64,000 nt of DNA from Nitrospirota bacterium. GTDB lineage: Bacteria > Nitrospirota > UBA9217. The notes below the pieces were generated by a model. That model worked only from the letters and a program-made list of their open reading frames with translations. It ran no database searches and had not been told where the DNA came from. Positions 8,391 through 16,656 of this stretch are shown in pieces (the stretch's first letter is position 1; every line of letters starts with the position of its first letter). Position numbers and translations under genes: made by a program. The DNA lies in the NCBI GenBank assembly GCA_963840455.1, contig CAWIYV010000007.1, forward strand, positions 256,001-320,000, written 5' to 3'.

Positions 8391-9719
8391 ATGGAATACC
8401 GATCTCAGAAGATAGCCTACTGGTATTTTGCCATTGCCCTTGTCCTGTTCGTGCTCCAGGTCGTCCTGGGGCTCTGGCTCGCATTCAGCTATACCTTTAC
8501 CGTCCCGCAGGGCATCGTGGATGTTTTCTCCTTCGCCACATCGCGTGCCATGCATACGAACCTGCTCGTCCTTTGGATGCTGCTGGGATTCATGGGAGGG
8601 ACCTACTTCATCGTGCCTGAGGAAACGAAGAGAGAGATCTATTCAACGAAGCTCGCCTGGTTCCAGCTTATCGCGCTGGTGACGACCGGCGTCGTCGCCC
8701 TTATCGGCTTCGCTTTCGGGTGGACCCAGGGACGGCCGCTTCTTGAGATACCGACGACGCTTGACATTGTCGTGGTCATTGGTGCGCTCGTCTTTCTGTT
8801 CAATGTGGGTATGACCATGTACCTGGCGAAGCGATGGACCGTGATCCAGGGCACGCTTCTCGGAGGGCTGCTCTTTCTCGCGCTCCTGTATCTGTTCGGG
8901 ATCCCATTCTACCAGAATGAAGTGATCGACTGGTATTACTGGTGGTGGGTCATCCATCTCTGGGTGGAAGGCGCATGGGAACTTGTCACCGCCGCTATTT
9001 TCGCGTTCATCCTGATGAAGATCACGGGCGTGGACAGGCAGGTCGTGGAAAAGTGGCTGTACGTGGAGATCGGCCTCTTTCTCTTCACCGGCATCGCCGG
9101 GACCGGCCATCATTACTACTGGATCGGTGCGCCGAAGTACTGGCTCTGGGTAGGCGGGGTCTTTTCCGCTCTGGAGCCGCTCCCCATCGTGCTCATGCTC
9201 ATCGATACCATGAACCATGTCAAACAGCGAAAGGGGACAATGCAAAACCCTCTCGTATGGACCTATGCTGTCGGTTGCGCCGTCCTGCACCTGATCGGAG
9301 CCGGTGTCTGGGGATTCATGCATACACTCCCGCAGATCAACTACTATACCCACGGTTCCCAGGTCACTGTGTCTCACGGCCATCTGGCGTTCTTCGGCGC
9401 CTATGCGCTCCTGAACCTCACGATGTTCTACTTTGCCATGCCGCAGCTGAAGGGCATCGAAGAATTTGACGACAAGAGGGGTAAGATCGGATTCTGGACC
9501 ATGACCACGGCCATGATGCTGATGGGGCTTTCCTTCGGCATCGCCGGCGTGTTACAGTCCTACCTCGAACGCATGCTCGGCATGGGCTACATGGTCGCGC
9601 AGTCCTACATGCGGCTCTGGATGGGCGTGACCTTCTTCTTTGGGATCTGCTTCTTCACGGGCGTTCTGATCACGGTCACGGACCTGTTGACCTTGAGACC
9701 GGCGAGAAAACCTTCTTAA
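8391..9719 (+). CDS. norB: Nitric oxide reductase large subunit (NorB-1, cNOR)
   Basis: RAMHTN, WWWVIHLWVEGAWE, GTGHHYYWIG, LEPLP, HTLPQINYYTHG and HGHLAFFG. Confidence 0.93.
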   Translation: MEYRSQKIAYWYFAIALVLFVLQVVLGLWLAFSYTFTVPQGIVDVFSFATSRAMHTNLLVLWMLLGFMGGTYFIVPEETKREIYSTKLAWFQLIALVTTGVVALIGFAFGWTQGRPLLEIPTTLDIVVVIGALVFLFNVGMTMYLAKRWTVIQGTLLGGLLFLALLYLFGIPFYQNEVIDWYYWWWVIHLWVEGAWELVTAAIFAFILMKITGVDRQVVEKWLYVEIGLFLFTGIAGTGHHYYWIGAPKYWLWVGGVFSALEPLPIVLMLIDTMNHVKQRKGTMQNPLVWTYAVGCAVLHLIGAGVWGFMHTLPQINYYTHGSQVTVSHGHLAFFGAYALLNLTMFYFAMPQLKGIEEFDDKRGKIGFWTMTTAMMLMGLSFGIAGVLQSYLERMLGMGYMVAQSYMRLWMGVTFFFGICFFTGVLITVTDLLTLRPARKPS

Positions 9720-9789
9720 AGGGCAGATGGCAGCTTGGCAGGAATGTCGTGATGCTGGTCATGGATGCGGAAAGCGGGGGGTATGCCCA

Positions 9790-9978
9790 ATGGCAAAAAG
9801 GCCGGTAGTGAACGAGGACCTCTGCATCGGCTGCGGCCACTGCGCCGAGCTCTGTCCCAAGGTGTTCGAACTGGAGGACGAAAAGTCCAGGGTGATCGGT
9901 CCGGACCAGTGCGCGAGTTGCAACTGCCAGGAGGCCATCGACACTTGCCCGGTGCAGGCGATCAGCTGGAGCGAGTAG
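9790..9978 (+). CDS. Ferredoxin
   Basis: CIGCGHCAELCP ... CASCNC...CPVQAI. Confidence 0.9.
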   Translation: MAKRPVVNEDLCIGCGHCAELCPKVFELEDEKSRVIGPDQCASCNCQEAIDTCPVQAISWSE

Positions 9979-10010
9979 GCGTTGCAGAAGCCGAACAGCG
10001 CAAAACTCCT

Positions 10011-10098
10011 TTACCGCGAAGTCGCAAAGAGCGCAAAGAAAATCCACGGCTCAATAACAATCAGTAACTTTGCAGCCTTCGCGCCTTGACGGTTCAAA
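10011..10098. repeat. REP-like stem-loop with 9-bp periodic arms
   Basis: TTACCGCGAAGTCGCAAAGAGCGCAAAG ... CTTTGCAGCCTTCGCGCCTTGACGGTTCAAA. Confidence 0.65.
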
Positions 10099-10160
10099 AA
10101 TTTTGACTTGCATTCATTTGACCCACATCGTGACGGGATGATCCCGGAAGGAGTAAGGAA

Positions 10161-10613
10161 ATGGAGCTCAAGATACCGCCGTCGCTGAAGCACGAACATG
10201 GGGAGATGCGCGCATCGCTCGAGATCGCCGCGAAAGCGGCTGGAAAGAGCGGAGAGGCGGCCCGCGAGGTCGCCCGCCTGCTCCTTCCGCATTTCAAGAA
10301 GGAAGAGGAGTACGCGCTGCCGCCCCTGGACGCACTGGCGGTCATGGCCGGAGGGGGGCTGCCCGAGATGCCGAAGTCCATCATCGACAAAGCTGACCGG
10401 CTGAGGCACGAACTTGCCGAAATGCTGCGGGAGCACAAGGCCATCGCAAAGGCCCTCGAGGACCTATATGAAACGGCAACGGGCGATGCGAGGCCGGAGC
10501 TGGCGCGGTTCGCAAAAAAACTGCTGCTCCATGCCCAGATGGAGGAGCAGATCTACTATCCCGCGGCATTGGTGATCGGCGACTATTTGAAATTGAAGAC
10601 GGGAAAAAGTTAG
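10161..10613 (+). CDS. Hemerythrin/HHE cation-binding domain protein
   Basis: EH...HFKKEEE...EH...HAQMEE motif spacing. Confidence 0.78.
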   Translation: MELKIPPSLKHEHGEMRASLEIAAKAAGKSGEAAREVARLLLPHFKKEEEYALPPLDALAVMAGGGLPEMPKSIIDKADRLRHELAEMLREHKAIAKALEDLYETATGDARPELARFAKKLLLHAQMEEQIYYPAALVIGDYLKLKTGKS

Positions 10614-10644
10614 CGGCAGCAGGGCCGCTCATCACCTCCTTGCG

Positions 10645-10673
10645 TTGACAAAATATCACCCCTGTGTTACAGT
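10645..10673 (+). promoter_or_regulatory. sigma70-type promoter of protoglobin gene
   Basis: TTGACA-17 bp-TACAGT with extended -10 TG. Confidence 0.6.
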
Positions 10674-10692
10674 TTTTCCCTGAGGAAAATCC

Positions 10693-11589
10693 ATGCGATC
10701 GATCAAAGAGATCAAGCAGGACTACCGGTTCACCCCCGACGATGAGTGGCGGCTTTCACGGCTCAAGACCCTCATGGAGGAGCATGCCGAGGAGATCATG
10801 AGCACGGTCTCGCTCTGGTTCAAGGGCACCAGGGGTGCGGCGAAGTTCTTTACCGAGGAGACCCTGCAGCAGCATGTGTCCGTTTCACAGAAGGACTGGT
10901 TCCAGCTGCTCTTTTCCGGCAAATACGACAACTCCTACTACGACAAATTGATCAAGATCGGTATGGCGCACATGCGCCGGAACGTGGACGTGCATTACCT
11001 CCATCGCATGGCGAACATTATCAAGAACTCCTGCACAGGCGTTCTGTCCAAGACCGATGATCCCCGCGACGAGATGGTAAACAATATTGTTTCGGTCGGC
11101 AAGATCGTGGACATCAGCCTGAACATTATCACCAATGCCTATATCGAGGAAGAGATGCGCGTCTATTCGCCGGTGTACAAGGTGAAGAGTGCGCTGATCA
11201 ACTTTTCCGAGCGGTTCTCGCAGGTCACGAACCTTCTGCTGGTGCTTGCCCTTATGGGTCTCACCATCGGGGTGGGATGGCTTTTTATGCAGGACGTCAT
11301 GCATCTTGCTACCGGTGATGTGGAGCGCGGCATCATCTCGGCGCTCGGCTCCATGCTGCTGCTATGGCTCATGATCGAGCTGATGAACACCGAGATCTCC
11401 CACCTCAAGGGAGGGAAGTTCCATATCAGCGTCTTCGTGGGGGTTGCGCTCGTGACCATGATCCGGGAGACCATGATCGCGACGCTGAAGCACGAAAAAC
11501 CAGAGTCGATATACTATCTCATCGCCGCCATCCTTGTCATCGGATTCGTCTACTGGATCGTGACCAGGGCCGAGGAAAAGCAAAAATGA
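10693..11589 (+). CDS. Protoglobin/globin-sensor domain fused to PsiE-like 4-TM domain
   Basis: YRFTPDD...WFQLLFSGKYDNSYY...IGMAH globin-sensor pattern; C-terminal helices with IEL...VALVTMIRE typical of PsiE. Confidence 0.78.
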   Translation: MRSIKEIKQDYRFTPDDEWRLSRLKTLMEEHAEEIMSTVSLWFKGTRGAAKFFTEETLQQHVSVSQKDWFQLLFSGKYDNSYYDKLIKIGMAHMRRNVDVHYLHRMANIIKNSCTGVLSKTDDPRDEMVNNIVSVGKIVDISLNIITNAYIEEEMRVYSPVYKVKSALINFSERFSQVTNLLLVLALMGLTIGVGWLFMQDVMHLATGDVERGIISALGSMLLLWLMIELMNTEISHLKGGKFHISVFVGVALVTMIRETMIATLKHEKPESIYYLIAAILVIGFVYWIVTRAEEKQK

Positions 11590-11872
11590 TGTCTGCTGCC
11601 GCTCAGACATACATCACAGATTGGCCATTCAGCCTTTCTTCAGAGGCTTTTTCAGTGACGACCGAATAATGACATCGGGCTTTCGCAAAGACGGCTAGTT
11701 TGCTATACTGGTGCGTAACGTCCGCAAGAAACCTGACCGGCGTCTATGCGGAGGGCAGGACAGAACCATGGCGCGTCCATGACGGAACACACATCGTAAG
11801 GGGAGAGCCGGCAGCACGCGGGCTGCTGTTGCCGATACGATAGTGTCACGGATAACGAGCGGAGGGTGACCA

Positions 11873-12502
11873 ATGGAAGTCTTTCCGAAGCAGTGTGAGA
11901 TCACCGAGCAGGACCTGAGGGCGGCGCTTCTCGACCTCAAAGGATATGTAGACGTGACCGAAGAGGACCTGATGAAGATCTATACATCGGCCCTCGTTCA
12001 CGCAAAGAACCGCCTGAAGCACTCGATCACGGTGGCTGACCTTATGACCAAGGACGTGGTCACGGTAAAGAAAGAGACCAGCCTCGTAGAGGCGGCACGG
12101 CGTCTCACCGGCCTCCGCATCAGCGGCATGCCTGTTGTTGACGACAAGGATATGGTGATCGGCGTGGTCGGGGAACTGGACATCATTTCCGCGGTGGGGG
12201 GGCAAAAGAGCAGCGGCGTAAAGAACATCTTTCGACGGATGCTCGGAGAACCGGTACCCTCGCAGAAGGAAGGGGATACCGTCGGCGATGTCATGAGCAC
12301 TCCTCCCATCACCATTCGGCCGACAGAGGACATACGCGAGGCCGCCCACATTCTTGAGGGACACAGGATAAAACGCATTCCTGTCATCGACGAATTTGGC
12401 AGGCTCATCGGCGTGATCTCGCGGGCTGACATCGTGAGAGGCATGAGCAGGGCGGGCAGAGCAACGGAGCCCTCGAGGAAAAGCCACCGGGCAGGGCACT
12501 AA
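11873..12502 (+). CDS. CBS-domain pair protein
   Basis: VADLMTKDVVTV...ISGMPVVD and VGDVMSTPP...IKRIPVID...GVISRADI. Confidence 0.92.
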   Translation: MEVFPKQCEITEQDLRAALLDLKGYVDVTEEDLMKIYTSALVHAKNRLKHSITVADLMTKDVVTVKKETSLVEAARRLTGLRISGMPVVDDKDMVIGVVGELDIISAVGGQKSSGVKNIFRRMLGEPVPSQKEGDTVGDVMSTPPITIRPTEDIREAAHILEGHRIKRIPVIDEFGRLIGVISRADIVRGMSRAGRATEPSRKSHRAGH

Positions 12503-12541
12503 TCTCCGGTCCATAGGATCACGGGACGCATACCGAACTTC

Positions 12542-13087
12542 ATGACCGTACGCGAATATCTGGTAAAGATGAAGGGCACGGCCAAGTCCCCGCCGGGCGT
12601 CGGGGCAGGGGAACTGGTGTGGTCCTGGATCGGGTCGGTCATCGGCATCGGAGCGTGCGGCTGGCTGTCGGCGCACTATTTCGAGCCACGGGACCTGACG
12701 CTGCTTATCGGGTCCTTCGGTGCATCGGCGGTCCTGGTGTACGGGGCCATCAAAAGCCCCCTCGCCCAGCCACGTAACCTCATCGGCGGGCACGTGCTCT
12801 CGGGCCTCGTAGGCGTTTCCTGCTGGCAATTGTTTGGCGGCATGGTCTGGCTCGCCGCCGCTCTTGCCGTGTCCCTTGCCATCGTTGCCATGCTCGCCAC
12901 CAAGACACTCCATCCGCCGGGAGGCGCTACGGCGCTCATCGCCGTGATCGGTGGCGACAAGGTCCATAACCTCGGTTTTCTCTATGCCTTTGTTCCTGCC
13001 GGAGCTGGTGCCCTGGTCCTCCTGCTGGTCGCCCTTATCGTGAACAACCTCTCAAAGAACAGGAAGTATCCGGAGTACTGGTTCTAG
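12542..13087 (+). CDS. HPP family membrane protein
   Basis: SFGASAVL, SPLAQPRN, LHPPGGATAL. Confidence 0.94.
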   Translation: MTVREYLVKMKGTAKSPPGVGAGELVWSWIGSVIGIGACGWLSAHYFEPRDLTLLIGSFGASAVLVYGAIKSPLAQPRNLIGGHVLSGLVGVSCWQLFGGMVWLAAALAVSLAIVAMLATKTLHPPGGATALIAVIGGDKVHNLGFLYAFVPAGAGALVLLLVALIVNNLSKNRKYPEYWF

Positions 13088-13126
13088 GGATCCTTCTATT
13101 TTTCTTCATAATATCGTATACAACAG

Positions 13127-13159
13127 AAAAGGCCTTCACCTGATCGGGTGAAGGCCTTT
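13127..13159. terminator. Bidirectional intrinsic terminator
   Basis: AAAAGGCCTTCACC-TGATCG-GGTGAAGGCCTTT between convergent genes. Confidence 0.8.
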
Positions 13160-13187
13160 ATCGTTCAAACGCTTGCTAATGCCGGCT

Positions 13188-13802
13188 TTACTTCTTCACC
13201 GCCTCTGATACCTTCCCGACCATCTTGGCGGATGGTTTCAGCGTGATGTCACCCACCTTCCTCCACTGCGCCGGGCAGGCCTCGGCAGGGTTCGCGGCGA
13301 GGTGTTTGTTCGCTATGATCTTCCTGAGGATCTCCTCGACGTTCCTACCCAGGTTGTAGAAGTTCACTTCGCTGTTCATGATCATCCCCTGGGGGCTGAT
13401 CAGGAAGGTCCCGCGGAGCGAGAGGCCCGAAGCCTCGTCGAGCACGCCGAACAGGCGGCAGATGCGTCCCGTCGGGTCCGAGCCCATGGGATATTTGACC
13501 TTCTCGAGCAGCTTCTCATCCCGCTGCCAGGCAAGATGCACGAACTTGGTATCCCGGCTGACCGTGACGACCTCGGCGCCCTCCTTCCTGAACTCCTCGT
13601 ACCGCTCTGCCAGAGCGGAGAACTCGGTGGCTCAGACGAAGGTGAAGTCCGCCGGGTAAAAGAACAGGACCGTCCATTTGCCCGCTTTGCCCAGCGCCGC
13701 GATGTCGATCTCGCCGAAATCACCCTTGACCGGATCGAACGTTTCGATCTTGAGGTCCGGCACGCTCTGTCCTACCCGCAAGCCGCATACATGCTCTTCC
13801 AT
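13188..13802 (-). CDS. prxU: Selenocysteine-containing peroxiredoxin (AhpC/Prx1 type)
   Basis: GGAGG RBS, then MEEHVCGLRVG...VLFFYPADFTFV-TGA-ATEFSAL, with TGA (13632-13634, codon 57) at the peroxidatic Cys position. The frame continues to EACPAQW and the stop at 13188. Confidence 0.88.
13590..13625 (-). promoter_or_regulatory. Putative bacterial SECIS hairpin
   Basis: mRNA sense: UGA-13 nt-CCGCUCU-GGC-AGAGCGG, a 7-bp perfect stem with a G-starting loop 20 nt after UGA and a possible lower GU-rich stem. Confidence 0.7.
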
Positions 13803-13887
13803 ATAAAAGTCCTCCCTGGCTCGCCGCGACCGCGATCACCACGCTCGCCACTCGCGGCGGTCTTGAACGCGGCACTGACCGCAGGTC

Positions 13888-15351
13888 TTACAGCCGTTCC
13901 TGGACGCCGTAGGGGTCCTTGAACTCCGCCTTCTTGTCGAAGGTGAGCTTCTTCTTGCCTCTCCCATCGAGATACTTCTCGAGCTCCAAGTTCACCGTCA
14001 CCGGCGTATCGATGCCGGCCTTTGCCAGGGCCTGGCGAAGAAGTCCCTCTGCCTTTCCTGCGAAGGCCAGGGCGTCGCCCAGGTTGCGCTGGGCCTCGGT
14101 GGGATTATGGAAACCGACGGAGTTCTCTGCGCCAATGTATACCACGCGGTAGAAGGCCTCTTCATAGAAGTTCTTTGCCTTGTCATAGAGCGCTTTGTCG
14201 ATCTTCTTGCCTGATTCCTGCGCCGCATTGGCCTTTTCGAAAAGCTTGGCAACAGTCGCCGTAGCATAGCCGGCCCGGATCATGAGCGATGTCGTGCGGT
14301 CCTGGATGGCGAACACCTGGCCTTTGAGCCAGTCAATGGTCTCGGTGTGGCACTGCATGCAGGCCTTCATGTCGTTCTTGAGCGGGCTCATGATGCGGTG
14401 GTCCGACACTTTGGAGGACCCGACCCGTGTATAGGGCATATGACAGTCGGCGCAGGCCGCACCGGCCTTCCAGTGCACGCTGTTGTTCGAGAAGAGCTCA
14501 TACTCCGGGTGGCGGATGAAGGCCAGTTTGAAACCGGTCACTGTCTGCTTCCATTCTCCGTATGAGGTGTCGCTGCGGAGCTTCTTGATGACGTTCTCCA
14601 CGGAGATGTTCCCCATGGTGCTGCCCTGCCACGGGAAAAAGACGCCCGTGGAATGCATGTCCTGGTCCTTGGGAATCGAATAGGTGACATGGCACTGGGC
14701 GCAGACCAGGCTCCGCATCTCCTGACGGGTGAGCTTCTGCCGGTCGACGCCCATGTCCGTGAGCGCCTTCCCGAGCGTGAACTCCCTGCTGATCCTGAGC
14801 GACATGTCCTTGTTGTCATGACAATCGATGCACGCGACGCCAAGCTTGCTGTGCTGCTCCGGAATCATGGCGTGTACGTCCTGATAGGGCTTGCTGTAGT
14901 AGTCCTTGCCCATGTCCTTCTCCAGCTTCGGCGCGTAGGGCGTCTTGCAGGTGAGGCAGACGCCGCCGGCCTTGACCCTGGCCGCATCCACCTCGAGCTG
15001 ATCGGAAAGCATGCGTGCATGACCCCGCGGCTCGTTGTATTCGATGCCGAATCCCCAGCCGTTGAACAGCAAGGCCAAATAGGGGAATTCCGAAAGCTTG
15101 TCATAGGTGATCCGGTCCGCGTCGAAACCCCGTTTATACTTGCTCTTGCCGGCAGGCTCCGGCTCTCCGGTCTTCTTCCAGAGCTCATAGTTCACAGGGT
15201 AGGCTTTGCCCCAGTCAGCCGGCTCGTAGTCGTTGTCCGCGATCTTCACGGGCCGCACCATCTCGGCTTTCTGGGGCTTGCAGCTCACGATGACGGCAAA
15301 GACGATCATCGCGACGATGAAGAACAGGATAATGCCTTTTTTCATTTTCAT
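13888..15351 (-). CDS. nrfA: Ammonia-forming cytochrome c nitrite reductase NrfA (pentaheme)
   Basis: CLTCK active-site heme plus CIDCH, CAQCH, CADCH and CMQCH; YNEPRGH, RHPEYE, ENSVGFHNP; lipobox-like VIVSC; AAGGAGG RBS. Confidence 0.95.
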   Translation of the reverse strand: MKMKKGIILFFIVAMIVFAVIVSCKPQKAEMVRPVKIADNDYEPADWGKAYPVNYELWKKTGEPEPAGKSKYKRGFDADRITYDKLSEFPYLALLFNGWGFGIEYNEPRGHARMLSDQLEVDAARVKAGGVCLTCKTPYAPKLEKDMGKDYYSKPYQDVHAMIPEQHSKLGVACIDCHDNKDMSLRISREFTLGKALTDMGVDRQKLTRQEMRSLVCAQCHVTYSIPKDQDMHSTGVFFPWQGSTMGNISVENVIKKLRSDTSYGEWKQTVTGFKLAFIRHPEYELFSNNSVHWKAGAACADCHMPYTRVGSSKVSDHRIMSPLKNDMKACMQCHTETIDWLKGQVFAIQDRTTSLMIRAGYATATVAKLFEKANAAQESGKKIDKALYDKAKNFYEEAFYRVVYIGAENSVGFHNPTEAQRNLGDALAFAGKAEGLLRQALAKAGIDTPVTVNLELEKYLDGRGKKKLTFDKKAEFKDPYGVQERL

Positions 15352-15368
15352 GGCAGACCTCCTTGGCC

Positions 15369-15827
15369 TTAGATAGTTTGCATCGCGCCGCTCCGCGTGT
15401 GCATGATCCTGCGGTGGCATTCCCAGCAGTTGCGTTCCTGGTCGATGAGCATGACGGTCTGTTCATGGCACCGGACGCAGTTCGCCTGTACGACCTTTTC
15501 GCCGTGCGCTGTCAAATGGATCTTCTCGGGCACAGAGCCGGAATAAAAGAGCAGGGCATCCTTCATACCGTCGATGCTCTTCCATAGATAATGGACGCCG
15601 GCGTTCCCGTTCGGCAGATGGCAGTCCACGCACATCTTTCTGCGGTGGGCTCCTGCATGGGCCCACGCCTCAAATTCCGATTCCATGACATGGCACTGGA
15701 CGCAGAAGGACGGCTGGTCGGATTTGGCGAGGAGCTTTGGCGGGCCGAAGAGGAGGAAAAGCACAACAACGATGCCTCCGGCAATGAGAAGGGACACGAT
15801 GGCTTTTCGTGATGTCAAGAGAGACAT
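15369..15827 (-). CDS. nrfH: NrfH tetraheme quinol dehydrogenase
   Basis: TM anchor, FCVQCHVM, CVDCHLP, CVRCH and CWECH; upstream of nrfA. Confidence 0.93.
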   Translation of the reverse strand: MSLLTSRKAIVSLLIAGGIVVVLFLLFGPPKLLAKSDQPSFCVQCHVMESEFEAWAHAGAHRRKMCVDCHLPNGNAGVHYLWKSIDGMKDALLFYSGSVPEKIHLTAHGEKVVQANCVRCHEQTVMLIDQERNCWECHRRIMHTRSGAMQTI

Positions 15828-15932
15828 ACTATTCACCTCCTTATATACGGGATCACATCAACTGCACTTATGCCAGTGCGCAATCATTGAAAGGAATAAG
15901 AAGGGGACCGGTGCAGCAGCAGATACGCCCTA

Positions 15933-15948
15933 TTGCATAATGATGCAA
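15933..15948. promoter_or_regulatory. Palindromic candidate TF site upstream of nrfH
   Basis: TTGCAT-AATG-ATGCAA perfect 6-4-6 inverted repeat about 105 bp upstream of the start. Confidence 0.4.
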
Positions 15949-16147
15949 AAAGATTCAGCCAGAAATTTCCTCGGACAAGCAGCTCGCAGCGTGCCACACG
16001 ACACCATGGAGTTATGGTAGCACAATTCACGGAAAAGAGTGCCTGCACTATGGCTCGTGCAGGCTTCACCGTTCGTCGACAGTGTCAAAGAAGGAGGGGG
16101 CGGGACAGGTGAGGGGCGACGACGCGTCAGGGTAGGGTACGGTCGTC

Positions 16148-16462
16148 CTACTCTACCGGGGTCACAACGGCCAAGACGACCAGCTTCTCGCCCTGGTCAG
16201 CTGCAAAGCCGTGGGGAACGTTCGGGTCGCAGGGGATGCAGGTCTTCTCGTCGGCCACGATCTTCTCCTCGCCCACGGTAATGGTGCCTTTGCCCTCGAC
16301 TACGTACATGAGCAGCCGGAGCGGCGCCTTGTGCGGGTCCAGCTTCTGGCCGGGGTTCAGGCACATGAGGGCGATACGCATCTCCGGGCTGTCCTTCAGC
16401 ATCTCGCGGGAGATGCGGTCGGGGTAGAACTTCGCTACTTTTTTCAGGTCGATGGTTTCCAT
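16148..16462 (-). CDS. Cupin domain protein
   Basis: LNPGQKLDPH...YVVEGKG...PNVPHG cupin motifs. Confidence 0.88.
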   Translation of the reverse strand: METIDLKKVAKFYPDRISREMLKDSPEMRIALMCLNPGQKLDPHKAPLRLLMYVVEGKGTITVGEEKIVADEKTCIPCDPNVPHGFAADQGEKLVVLAVVTPVE

Positions 16463-16489
16463 GGAGGTCTCCTTTATATTATGATAAAT

Positions 16490-16650
16490 CACAGAGGCAC
16501 AGAGGGCACGGAGAAGAGCGAAATGCTTGTTTACCGCAAAGACACGAGGAATGCGAAGAAAGCCATTCTTGTTTTGATCTTAGAATCCCTCGCGACCCTT
16601 GCGCCTTCGCGGTTCAAAGGTGTTCGTATTCCGCCGTGACTCCGTGGTGA
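16490..16650. repeat. Nested pair of periodic REP-like inverted repeats
   Basis: Outer CACAGAGGCACAGAGGGCACGGAG / CTCCGTGGTG; inner TTACCGCAAAGAC... / ...GCGCCTTCGCGGTTCAAA. Confidence 0.6.
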
Positions 16651-16656
16651 GATTTG

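Noticed and set aside
9748-9763. Third TGA-N6-TCA box before the ferredoxin
   Set aside because: The core matches but there is no -10 at the spacing of the other two boxes; kept only as a weak candidate.
11590-11872. Possible riboswitch (fluoride or yybP-like) before CBS-HPP
   Set aside because: Only fragments (TAATGAC, AAGGGGAG) are present; the required pairings were not found.
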